A stretch of 64,000 bases of DNA. Source: Octopus vulgaris (lineage: Eukaryota). A program made the translations under genes and the position numbers. Each line of letters starts with the position of its first letter. The stretch's first letter is position 1. Below are positions 12,450 to 24,029 of the stretch, piece after piece. Where the stretch lies: contig OX597839.1 in the NCBI GenBank assembly GCA_951406725.2, forward strand, positions 9,424,001 through 9,488,000, read 5' to 3'. The notes under the pieces are model-generated. The model saw only the letters and a program-made list of their open reading frames with translations, had not been told where the DNA came from and made no database searches.

Positions 12450-13059
12450 ATGTGTCTATGTGTGTGTCTATACATGTATTTCATAAATTAAATAAAATTT
12501 ACAATAAAAATATCAACTGGCACGCTGTCACTTATGACAATTAAGGTCCCAGTTCCCAGTTGATCTGGTCATCAGGTAGAATATGATAATCGTATACAAC
12601 CCAATGGAGCATCCACACACAGCTAATCATGAAAAATATTCAGCTATATAATAACTATAAAGAACGATCTTCTATATTGGTATAAGAATATAATCTCAGC
12701 AACTTAAAGCTGGTGCGTGATGCAGAAACAAATGCTGAGATCTATTATTAAAGCCTGATATCCCACCGCCTCGTGTTATACATACACACACACACACACA
12801 TATATATATATGATGGTTGCCAACTTAATTTCAAGTAGAGCCATTGCCCGATGATGGGGGACCAACAGACACACACAAATAAACTCATACATTTAGCATA
12901 CATATATGGGCTTCTTTCAGTTTCCATACACCAAATCCAATCACAACATTTATTGGGAGTTACATGTATTATTCAAAACAGTTTGATTCAGATTCCATGC
13001 TACTTCAAGTTTCAAAGGCCCTATTGGATCCTTTCTCATCAGGCTGGTAATAATATATA

Positions 13060-13478
13060 TTCTTTTATTCTTTTACTTGTTTCAGTCGTTTGACTGCAGC
13101 CATGCCGGAACACCACCTTTTGTCGAACAAATCAACCCCAGGACTTATTCTTTGTAAACCTAGTACTTATTCAATCAGTCTCTTGTGCCGAACTGCTAAA
13201 TTACAGGGACGTAAACACACCAATAACGGTTGTCAAGCAATGATGAGGGGGACAAACACAGGTACACATACAAACATATACATGTGTATATATATATGTA
13301 TACATATATATATATATGATGGGCCTCTTTCAGTTTCCATCTACCAAATCCACTCACAAGGCTTTGGTTGGCCTGAGGCTATAGTAGAAGACACTTGCAC
13401 AAGGCACCACGCAGTGGAACTGAACCCAGAACCATGTGGTTGGTAAGCAAGCTACATGCCACACAGCCACTCCTGCAT
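13060..13478 (-). mobile_element. SINE family B
   Basis: Full-length reverse-complement match to 12071-12449. Confidence 0.9.
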
Positions 13479-13990
13479 CTGTATATATATATTGATTCCT
13501 CATGGGTCAAACACTTTCATTATCTTCATATCCTTAATTGCTCTATCTACCAAGATATTCTCTATTCAGATAGCTGGTCCCTCAGTCCACATTAGGCAGA
13601 CTCTCCTTCTCCCATGGATTCTTTACATTTAGCAGTCTTTCATAGTGGCACTTGCAAGTCTCTTTCTTTGCAGAATCACTAACTGCAGTGTGGTGCTGAA
13701 TTTCCTGCACATATGAAAAGATGGAAAGGACACAGCTGGAATGCCTTTTATAGATTTCCTTGATCAGGACCGACCTACGGTAGAAACTTTAAATGTGAAA
13801 AATCACCTTTGTACAAATTTGAAACATGAGTACAGAATAGGAAAGCCACTTTTTCTTATGCACCAGCAAGGGAGATCAAGCCAAGGAACAAATATATATG
13901 CAGTTGTTCAAGCTGATAGAAATGGTAACCAAATCTACTTCAAATCACAACATACCATTTTAAAAGAAAAGCAAGTACATTAGATAATTA

Positions 13991-14412
13991 ACTCTTTACT
14001 CTTTTACTCTTTTACTTGTTTCAGTCATTTGACTGCGGCCATGCTGGAGCACCACCTTTTTTTTAATCAAGCAACTCGACCCCGGGACTTGTTCTTTGTA
14101 AGCCCAGTACTTATTCTATCGGTCTCTTTTGCTGAACCGCTAAGTGACGGGGACATAAACACACCAGCATCGGTTGTCAAGCAATGCTAGGGGGACAAAC
14201 ACAGACACACAAACATACACGCACACACACATATATATATACATATATACGATGGGCTTCTTTCAGCTTCCGTCTACCAAGTCCACTCACAAGGCTTTGG
14301 TTGGCCCGAGGCTATAGTAGAAGACACTTGCCCAAGGTGCCACGCAGTGGGACTGAACCCGGAACCATGTGGTTGGTAAACAAGCTACTTACCACACAGC
14401 CACTCCTGCGCC
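13991..14412 (-). mobile_element. SINE family B
   Basis: Full-length match with (CTCTTTTA)3 tail. Confidence 0.9.
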
Positions 14413-14984
14413 TATCTGATATATAAAGAAGACAGGGTAGTCAGAATTGAAAAACTTTTTATCATATGCCTGTCTGGTCAAGGTTAGCCTAGGATTAAAC
14501 AACAACCACAATAATTGTCCCTTGTTTATTTAATAATGTTCTTAACTTAAATCTGATCAAAATTTATCTAGGTTAATAGAAACAAGTTATGACTGCCTTG
14601 GCTATACAAATAAATAACTTCTTTGGAAACATTAATTCAACATGAAAGAGGATCTGTTGCCACTAGATATTTTCAAATCATGTCAAATCAGGCCCAAAAT
14701 TAGCAGAATGTATGTATAAGAAGGAAATAATGACTTTTCTTTAATGTTAAAATGCAATATTCTCATAAATTCCACTATCTTTGTAGTACGGCACTTGTAT
14801 ATCTCATGAGATTGAAACTAGATACACATAAAATACTTAGTGATATGAAACTATATAAAGTGTACAGTGCTTCACAATATGAAATTATATAGACAGACAT
14901 TGTGAAATATTTTATATAAAACTACAGAGTAAAGTAGTAAAGTTCCTTCCCGAGTCATACAGACTCATAGGGCCAACTTACGGG

Positions 14985-15207
14985 GTGGTATCACTTAGCA
15001 GTTCAGCAAAAGAGACCGATAGAATAAGTACTGGGCTTACAAAGAATAAGTCCCGGGGTCGATTTGCTCTGACTAAAGGCGGTGCTCCAGCATGGCCGCA
15101 GTCAAATGACTGAAACAAGTAAAAGAGTAGTCAATTCATTCAACTAAAATATTTCTTCAAGGTGGTACCCCAGCATGGCCACAGTCCAACTGAAACAAGT
15201 AAAAGAA
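14985..15207 (+). mobile_element. SINE family B 3' half plus a second partial tail
   Basis: Two consecutive CAGCATGGCC.CAGTC..CTGAAACAAGTAAAAGA tails. Confidence 0.8.
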
Positions 15208-15997
15208 TGTGTGTATCAGTGTGGTGGAGGGGGGCACCATTGTGTGCAGATATATGTGCAAACATTCTTGTACATACACGTCTGTATTTTCCCATATGTC
15301 AACGCATTTATACGCTTGAGTGAATGACCATTTGAGTGTATGATCGTTGCTTGAATGTGAGTGGCATGTGCCTATTGTATATCTGTGAGTAAGTATAAGT
15401 GTGTGTGTGTGTATGTGCGTGTGTGTGTGTCTCTGTGTGTGCACACGCGCAGTGCTTGTGTTTAAGTGTGCTTTGCTGTTTGCCTCTAAGTAGGTGCGCA
15501 TAAGACTGTGAATGAATGCAAGAGTCAGTGGGTGTGTGAATTTCTGCTCCAATGTGTGTCAGTGTGTATGCAAGTGTGTGTGTGTGTGGCAGCAAGAAGT
15601 GAAGACATTTTATAGTAGCAGAAAGAATTCATTCATAAATCTGTCTACTCTAGCAAAGTTGACCATAGCTGAGCTAAACACAACAATGGCAACTAAATCC
15701 ACACTACACACACACACACAGAGCCTAAATGACGAGTCAGCAGAAATAGAAACCATAACTCCATCAAATTACAAATGCAGTGCTTGTTATAATGTCTGAA
15801 AATAAAATGGGATGGTCATGACTGGAATACTTTTGAACATAGATGTACTTGAACAAGGCACCCGAGGAAAGAGGCTAAACATACATGTCAAAAAAGGCTA
15901 TAAAATTCCAAAGCTTTTATTACAAGCTTATTATGGCATAAAAACAACTTCTGCATGAATACGTTTGTGTGTGTGTGTGTGTGTACATGTATGTGAA

Positions 15998-16315
15998 AGA
16001 GCATGGTTCAGTGGTCAGGGTATTCCGTTCACAATCATAAGGCCATGAGTTCAATTCCCGGTGACGTGTTGTGTCCTTGAGAAAGACACTTTATTTCACA
16101 TTACACCAGTTCACACAGCTGGCAAAAATGGGTAGTAGCTGTATTTCAAAGGTTTCAGCCTTATCACATTCTGTGTCATGCTGAATCTCCCTGAGAACTA
16201 TGTTAAGGTTATGAGTGTCTGTGGAGTGCTCCGTCATTTGTATGTTAATTTTATGACCAGGCTGTTCTGCTGATTGCAGCAACTGGAACCTTCATCACTA
16301 TAACCAACAGAGTGC
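15998..16315 (+). mobile_element. tRNA-derived CORE SINE (family F)
   Basis: Box A TGGTTCAGTGG, box B GAGTTCAATTCCC, CORE-like GTGTCCTTGAG.AAGACACTTTA; a minus-strand fragment lies at 43370-43500. Confidence 0.8.
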
Positions 16316-16357
16316 AGTTTATATGGGGAGGGGGTGGGGGTGTAAATATATATATAT

Positions 16358-16762
16358 ACTCTTTTTACTCTTTTACTCTTTTACTTGTTTCAGTCATGTG
16401 ACTGTGACCATGCTGGAGCACCGCCTTTAGTCAATCAAATCGACCCCAGGACTTATTCTTTGTAAGCCTAGTACTTATTTTATCGGTCTCTCTAAGTTAC
16501 GGGGACGTATACACACCAGCATCAGTTGTCAAGCGATGTTGGGGGGACAAACACAGACACACAAACATGCACATACACATATATATATATATATACATAT
16601 ATACGACAAGCTTCTTTCAGTTTCCGTCTACCAAATCCACTCACAAGGCTTTGGTCGGCCCGAGGCTATAGTAGAAGACACTTACCCAAGGTGCCACGCA
16701 GTGGGCCTGAACCCGGAACCATGTGGTTCGTAAGCAAGCTACTTACCACACAGCCACTCCTG
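16358..16762 (-). mobile_element. SINE family B
   Basis: Full-length match. Confidence 0.9.
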
Positions 16763-16814
16763 ATAAAATGGCAGCAAGAGAAGTAAAGAAGTTGGATATC
16801 AGGAGAGATAGAGT

Positions 16815-16851
<37 letters not shown>

Positions 16852-17265
16852 TGGAATGTGGGGTTTGATGTGTGGGATCACCTTGTCTAGAATAGTTTTA
16901 CTAAGCCTGCCTATATCCGATTTAGTCGGACATATTAACCTTACTCCTACGTTTTCTGGGAAATTATTCTTTGCACTTACTATTATCCTGTATAATCATG
17001 TTTAGATTTATACATATACTTTTTCCTCTTTGTGATGCTAACTTCATTAAAGATTCACCCCCCTTCCACTTCTTCCCTCTTTCTCTCAACATCCAACCCC
17101 CTCATTCTTTACCGAGTGAAAAACGGTATGGACATTTTGTTTTGGTGTCTCGCCATGCCATATACGACTATGAGGATTTACCTTCCCGATGAAACTCGCT
17201 TTTTTCCCAAACTTCTTCTCAAACCTGCTATAATGTAATACATGTCTTTGGTGTGGTAATTGTAC

Positions 17266-17352
17266 GCGGCTGAAGAAGGCTGTTGACCTACATGTTATAT
17301 CAATTATGCATTGATATAAATTATTCAATAAAGCCAGAAACATATGTACCGC
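17266..17352 (+). ncRNA. Type I hammerhead-like motif with long helix II
   Basis: GCGG-CTGAAGA-A-GGCT...TTATATCAAT tatgc ATTGATATAA...AGCC-A-GAAA-CATATG-TA-CCGC; helix I GCGG/CCGC, palindromic CATATG helix III, GUA site. Confidence 0.7.
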
Positions 17353-17396
17353 TAAATCCTTTGCATCCTGTTTTTCTTTATATATATATATATATA

Positions 17397-17720
17397 CTGG
17401 CACTTGTGCAGGTGGTACACGAAAAACATTCGAGCGAGATCGTTGCCAGTGCTGCTGGACTGGCTCCTGTGCAGGTGGCACATAAAAAGCACCATTTGAG
17501 AGTGGCCGTTGCCAGTACCGACTGACTGGCCCTCGTGCCGGTGGCACGTAAAAGCACCCACTACACTCTCAGAGTGGTTAGCGTTAGGAAGGGCATCCAG
17601 CTATAGAAACTCTGCCAGATCAGACTGGAGCCTGGTGCAGCCATCTGGTTTGCCAGACTTCAGTCAAATCGTCCAATCCATGCTAGCATGGAAAGCGGAC
17701 GTTAAACGATGATGATGATG
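17397..17720 (+). mobile_element. RTE 3'UTR/tail copy with three ~60-bp internal units
   Basis: Repeated GTGC(A/C)GGTGGCAC.TAAAAAGCACC; (GAT)n tail. Confidence 0.85.
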
Positions 17721-18276
17721 ATATATATATATATATATAAATATATATATATAAGGGATACACATTGCCAAATGACAATTGTGGGTGAAGATAAAGAACA
17801 AGAGCATATGTTAGTGGGAGATGAGTAAAGACTAACAGTTTGAGATAGGCCCCATCTTTAAAGAAGACAGTGTTATCTTATCTAACGAAGAGAGTGTTAT
17901 CTTATCAAGCCCAGATAAAACAAACATGACGCATAAAAAAGAAATATACACAAAATATACATGGAGAGAGAGAGAGAGATAAAGGTATACATTCAATTAC
18001 GTGTACATATATATATATATACACATACACACATACACATATATACACATAGGAGCAAGCATGGTGGTAAGAAGTTAGCTTCACAACCACATGGTTTGGG
18101 TTCTATCTCAATGCATTGCATCTTGGGCAGATGTTTTCTACAACAGTTCCAAGCTGACCAAAGCCATGAGTGGATTTGATAGCTGGAAACTGAAAAAAAG
18201 TCTGTTGTATAAATATATTTTTAATATTTTGCTTAAGCTTAGTGACACTAATAATCTGGTGTTATAACTCAATATA

Positions 18277-18326
<50 letters not shown>

Positions 18327-18330
<4 letters not shown>

Positions 18331-18497
18331 TAATCCAAACATGAAAACACAAAGAGAAAACACAACAACGCAAGGACGTGGAACAAATATAGTATTATTG
18401 GACACTCGGGAAGGAAGGGAAGAAGGAGGGTTTTACGTTTCGAGCGGAGCTCTTCGTCGGAAACATAGGAGAAGGAAAGATCCAGAGAAGGGAAGAT
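18327..18497 (-). mobile_element. Second copy of the 4395-4610 repeat, with a hammerhead motif at 18430-18464
   Basis: Reverse complement GTTT-CCGACGA-A-GAGCTCCGCTC-GAAAC-GTA-AAAC; flanked by (TA)n on both sides. Confidence 0.8.
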
Positions 18498-18774
18498 ATA
18501 TATATATATATATATATACACAAATTGAGATAGGGGTTGTAAGATCTAATGTATGCTTATATTTATATTCTTTTTTATATATATTCTAATTATTATACAA
18601 CATTACTCTTTTATGTACACTTTTTTATGTACATTCCTTTATGTACACTGATTTGTTCTGCTTTTTATATTTAACCCTACAGTCTCTTATGTGGTGGTTT
18701 AATAAAGTATGTGATTGAGTATTATCTGGTAATTGATATTTGATTTAGATGTATTTCTCCATTTTCTTATCTTG

Positions 18775-18805
<31 letters not shown>

Positions 18806-19091
18806 AGGTTTGGAGATGATGTACAGGTATTATATATTAGAAGAAATGAGGTAATCAGAAGATCAGATGGTTTATAGTTACAGATATTTATATATTACAT
18901 TTTTTATATATATATCATATCATTTAGATCATTAGCGCTTTCTCCCATTCTAGTGGGGTTTTCAAATCAAACTCATAAGACTGGTTACCTCGTTTCCATG
19001 GCATATAAAGATCAAACCCTCCACCTGAACAGGAGGGCAGTCCATTGCAGAGTTTGAGACCAGTAATTTACGAGGGGAGGAAACAAGCTGA

Positions 19092-19572
19092 TTAACCCTT
19101 TAGCATTCAAATTACTCTGTCAAATGTAATATTTATTTATTCACATTGTTGGTGTTAAGAGCATCCAGCTGTAAGAAAACATGCCAAAATAGACACTGAA
19201 ACTCGGTGCAGTCTTCTGCTTAGCCAGCTCCTGTCAAACCATCCAACCCATGCCAGCATGGAAAGCAGACATTAAATGATGATGAGAAATGTTTTGCATT
19301 GATCATGTATTCTCTCACTGCTTCTAAATTTCAATGATATACTCTTTTACTCTCTTTTTTACTCTTTTACTTGTTTCAGTCATTTGACTGCGGCCATGCT
19401 GGAGCACCGCCTTTAGTCGAGCAAATCGACCCTGGGACTTATTCTTTGTAAGCCTAGTACTTATTCTATCGGTCTCTTTTGCCAAACTGCTAAGTGACGG
19501 GGACATAAACACACCAGCATCGGTTGTCAAGCAATGTTAGAGGGACAAACACAGACACACAAACACACACAA

Positions 19573-19609
<37 letters not shown>

Positions 19610-20370
19610 CATATATACGACAGGCTTCTTTCAGTTTCCGTCGACCAAATCCACAAACAAGGCATTGGTCGGCCTGGGGCTATACCAGAAAACACTTGCC
19701 CAAAGTGCCACGCAGTGGGACTGAACCCGGAACCATGTGGTTGGTTAGCAAGCTACTTACCACACAGCTATAATCATATATTTTTAGAATGACATTGCAG
19801 GGTAGGTGTGAGAGCCCAGATCTGGCCAATTTGAACATTAAACATACGGGATTATTATTCTCAGACACAGCAATAAGCTTAGGGTTTATGACCTTGGATT
19901 ATGAAATAGTATTTTAGTGCTTAGAGTAAAAAGGGTTTAACCTTTTAACATTTAAACCAGGGGATCAAACTAGCCAGATCTGGCCTCTCGCACCTATCCT
20001 AAAATGTCATTCTAAAATTATACAATCACACCATCAAAATCTCAAAGCTATGAGATAATATAGGATTAATTCAAAACAATGTGTATAAACAAGCATTACA
20101 TTTGACAGAATAATCTGAATGCTAAAGAGTTAAAGTTTATGATTAACCCTTTAGCATTTAAACCGGCCATATCCGACCAAAAGTGTCTGCCTGTTTTATG
20201 TTCAAACTGGCCAGATCTGGTCTCTCACACCAGCCCTACAATATCGTTTTAAAAATTAACAGCTACCTCATCAAAATCTCATAGCTACAAGATAATGCAT
20301 GATTAGCTCAAAACAATGTAGATGAAAAAGCATTAATTTTGGTAGAATAATGAAAACACTAAAGGGTTAA
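19092..20370. mobile_element. Cluster of three P1 piggyBac-type MITEs (19092-19936 minus and interrupted; 19941-20129; 20147-20366)
   Basis: TTAA-CCCTTTAG termini; the first copy carries an RTE tail (19150-19285) and SINE B (19341-19770). Confidence 0.8.
19341..19770 (-). mobile_element. SINE family B
   Basis: Near full-length match. Confidence 0.9.
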
Positions 20371-20808
20371 ACAGAGAAACGATATTCAAAACAGTGAATT
20401 TGTGAAATTCTTCTTCTGATTTTATTTTTGCAGAAAGTGAAATCCAAATGTACTTCCTGAAAAACAAAAACAAAGCAGGTAGACTACTTCATCCAATATT
20501 CTGCCAATTGTTTATACAAACCGGCACCAGTTGTCAAGTGGGGGTGGGCGAGACTAACATAGACACAAAGACATACACACATAGATATATACAATTGTTT
20601 GTATATAAACTTTCCTGTATCACAAATGACTGCCGTTGCTACATTCACATCGATTCCTAGTATTCAGCCCATGTAACACCATGTACTGTAGCTACAATGT
20701 ACGCATATGGATGAATATATATTTATCTGTATATACACATACATACACATACCACCATATACATAAAGTTGTGTAAATACATACACACACACACATGTAT
20801 ATAAATAC

Positions 20809-20851
<43 letters not shown>

Positions 20852-21140
20852 GGAGGCACATGGCCTAGTGGTTAGAACACCGGACTCGCGATCGAGGGAT
20901 CGCGGGTTCGAATCTCAGACCTGGCGATGTGTGTGTTTATGAGCGAAAACACCCAAGCTCCATGCGGCTCCGGCAGAAGGTAATGGCGAACTTCTGCTGA
21001 TTCTTTCGCCACAACTTTCTCTCACTCTTTCCTCCTACATCTTGCAGCTCACCTGCGACGGACCAGCGTCCTGTTCAGGTGGGGAACCTATATGCCGGGA
21101 AACCGGCCCTTATGAGCCAGGCATGGCTCGAGAAGGAACA
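20852..21140 (+). mobile_element. SINE family C (tRNA head GGAGGCACATGGCCTAGTGGTTAG, tail CTGCGACGGACC.GCGTCC.GT.CAGG...GAAGGAAC)
   Basis: Box A TGGCCTAGTGG, box B GGTTCGAATCT; matches 24303 and 52720. Confidence 0.9.
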
Positions 21141-21152
21141 TATATATATTAT

Positions 21153-21325
21153 AGATAGCAGTCAAAACTTGACTCTAAAACCACTTCATGTATTCATAGA
21201 GCACAAGGTGAAAAGACAAATAGATCTGTGATTATCCAATAATTTTTTGCTAGTCTATTTGTCTTTACACCTCGTGCTGTATGAATACATGAAGTGGTTT
21301 TAGAGTCAAGTTTTGACTGCTATCT
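21153..21325. repeat. 72-bp-arm inverted repeat with 29-nt loop
   Basis: 21153-21224 is the reverse complement of 21254-21325 with about 3 mismatches. Confidence 0.9.
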
Positions 21326-22016
21326 CTAGCATGGTAGTATCTCTTAGATACCCTTAATTATAATTTTAATAATACCTACAAGGTTTTTATTCCTATGCTA
21401 GCCACTTGATATGATCAGTATTTTAAATAACAATCTTATCTTTATTTATATAAAAATTCATAAATATATTATACACACACACACACACACATATACATGG
21501 ATATATCCATATATAGTACATAAATATACAAACATATATCCACACAGACACACACATAAACATATACACATGTACCTCCTTTACATCAGCATATTCGTTT
21601 CTGTCCTTCACCATGCTAAATTCATTGTGCAGAATATTATCACCTTTCTAACAGGATATGCTGATAGCATTGGCTATTTGATTTATAGTCATTCATCTGT
21701 CATCTATCACCATGTGGTGAACACATTCAATGTTTTCCTCAATGGTAGCAGTTGCAGGATATTCAGACATTGGGTCATCTTCAAGACTCTCCATTCCCCT
21801 CCTAAATTCAGCTGCCCGCTTTTGCACTGTTGATAAAGTTGGAGTGTCGTCCCCTAATATAGCAACATGTGTCGGCATGAATGCCCTTGAGAGCTAAAGC
21901 CTTTTTCTGCAGGTACCTGATAACACCATAATGCCAAATTTTGTCACTACTAGTTACTTTCAAGTCTTCTTTGAACAGTCAGGTGTCAGTTTACCTGGAA
22001 AGAAACAATGTAATTA

Positions 22017-22683
22017 TCTATATCTATAAAACAGTCCTTGGACGAAAATTGTATGCACATTTTGCTTTGACGGTTAATGGCGGCCAAACCGAGGCTAAGA
22101 TCGAGCTGAAAATTGGCAGGGATACTAAATGCATGGTGAGGATGAGACCCGCGATGGTAAAGATTTGCAAGCTATAAAGATGTGGTTGCTAAGGCAAAAA
22201 GAGTGACTTTTTATCGATTCAAGGGGGCCCAGAGCCCCTCTAGGTTTGTGCAATTGGCTTTTAATAACCAGCGGCATGCACTGAAGGCTGTTGTGCTTAA
22301 CCCTTTCATTACAACCCGGCTCTGTAGTACAAATGTCTTGTTTTCATAAGTTTTGCATTAAAATATACCACTAAACCTTAGTCGCAATTTATGTTCCTAA
22401 TGATAACCAAGTTATTTTACTAAATTCTTTTTTTTATATTTAAAATTAATTGAAAGAAACACAGAGCATCTCAAAAAAAATACAGAAACGAAAGGGTTAA
22501 TAAACATACATTTTGTCGCCAAATTCCAGCTACTAGGAAACGATTTTTCATTATGAAAAAACGAGTGCTTTTTGCCCTCATTTTCTTTTTAATTTTTAAT
22601 AAAATTTTCGTTTTTTTTTTTAAATTCCTCATCTTTAAAATCTAGCCTGAGTAGACCTGAATGAAATTGGGTTATAATACTAG
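22017..22683 (+). mobile_element. Non-autonomous Helitron
   Basis: A|TC start, CTAG|T end preceded by the imperfect hairpin CCTGAATGAAATTGGG; no TSD; empty site seen in the mariner copy at ~58124. Confidence 0.85.
22301..22496 (+). mobile_element. piggyBac-type MITE (family P2) inside the Helitron
   Basis: TTAA|CCCTTTC...GAAAGGG|TTAA; minus-strand copies at 56871-57098 and 61905-62131. Confidence 0.85.
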
Positions 22684-22949
22684 TTAATAATAAGAGTTGA
22701 AATTAATGCATGAAAAATTTCTCAGCTCTGGCATCACTCCTTTATAATCAGCCTATGAACTTTTCTGCCCACCCTCATATGTATCTCTGTGTGTGCACGT
22801 GTATGTGTGCGTGCATTTCTAAGTACCCTAGTTGTGTAATGGTTGTAAATGAGCATCAACATCATACAAATGATATCACTAGTTTTCAATCTTCTCTGAA
22901 AACCATATCCGACCATGAGCAAAATATTACCATGCTTGTAAACAGCAAA

Positions 22950-23640
22950 CATCATCATCATCATCATCATCATCGTTTAACGTCCGCTCTCCATGCTAGC
23001 ATGGGTTGGACGGTTCAACCGGGGATCTGGGAAGCCAGAAAGCTGCACCAGGCTCCAGTCTGATCTGGCAGTGTTTCTACAGCTAGATGCCCTTCCTAAC
23101 GCCAACCACTCCAATCTAGAAAAGGAGAAAATAGAGGTAATCCTTTAGCATTTAAACTGGCCGTATCCGACCAAAATATTCTACATGCCTTATGCTCAAA
23201 CTGGTCAGATCTGGTCTCTCACCTGCATTAGTCACACCATGACCTATATGCATGTGTGTGTGTGTGTGTGTGTATGTTTATCATCATCATTGTTTAACAT
23301 CCATCTTCCATGCAGGCATAGGTTGGATGGTTTGACAGGAGCTGGCCAAGTAGAAGACTACACTAGGCTACTGTGTCTGTTTTGGCAGGGTTTTTATGGT
23401 TGGATGCTCTTCCTAACACCAACCACTCTGCAGAGTGGACTGTGTGCTTTTTACATGGCACCAACACAGGTGAGGTCAGTTTTGGCATGATTTTTACAGC
23501 TGGATTCCCTTTCAAATATCATTCTAAAACTTAACAGTTACATCATCAAAATCTCCACACTACAAGATAACGCATGATTTATTCAAAACGATGTGAATAA
23601 ATAAGCATTACTTTTGACAGAATAAGATGAAAGGTTAAGA
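22950..23640. mobile_element. RTE tails (22950-23112 and 23280-23515, minus) and a split P1 MITE (23138-23640)
   Basis: Matches to the tail and P1 sequences elsewhere in the window. Confidence 0.75.
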
Positions 23641-23804
23641 ATAAAATGAAAGGTTAAGGATCCTTTAAACAGAGATTTAGAAATATTATAATTGAAACAC
23701 TTGATGAGAAGGTGAAGGAGTTAGAGACATAACATAAAGAACAAGCTACTAAGAGTGACAGGCCAAATTTGTGGCTGGCACAAATTTTCAACCAGATTGA
23801 AGAT

Positions 23805-24028
23805 ATATTTCTTTACTGTCCACAAGGGGCTAAACATAGAGGGGACAAACAAGGACAGACAAAGGAAGTAAGTCGATTACATCGACCCCAATGCGAAACT
23901 GGTACTTAATTTATCGACCCCGAAAGGATGAAAGGTAAAGTTGACCTCGGCGGAATTTGAACTCAGAACATAACGACAGACGAAATACCACTAAGCATTT
24001 CGTCCGGCGGGCTAACGTTTCTGCCAGA
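23805..24028 (-). mobile_element. SINE family A
   Basis: Match to 1481-1714, slightly 5'-truncated. Confidence 0.9.
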
Positions 24029-24029
24029 G

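Larger units (their letters stand above)
21585..22776 (-). mobile_element. Mariner-type transposon 5' part (HTH region), interrupted by a Helitron
   Basis: LGDDTPTLSTVQKRAAEFRRGMESLEDDPMSEYPATATIEENI; collinear with the 57260-58218 copy. Confidence 0.85.

Noticed and set aside
12693-12740. Hairpin CTCAGCA...TGCTGAG as a hammerhead
   Set aside because: It lacks a recognisable CUGANGA core and cleavage triplet.
20852-20925. tRNA gene (also at 598, 15998, 24303, 55928)
   Set aside because: These are SINE heads continuing into SINE bodies, several with TSDs; no complete cloverleaf was evident.
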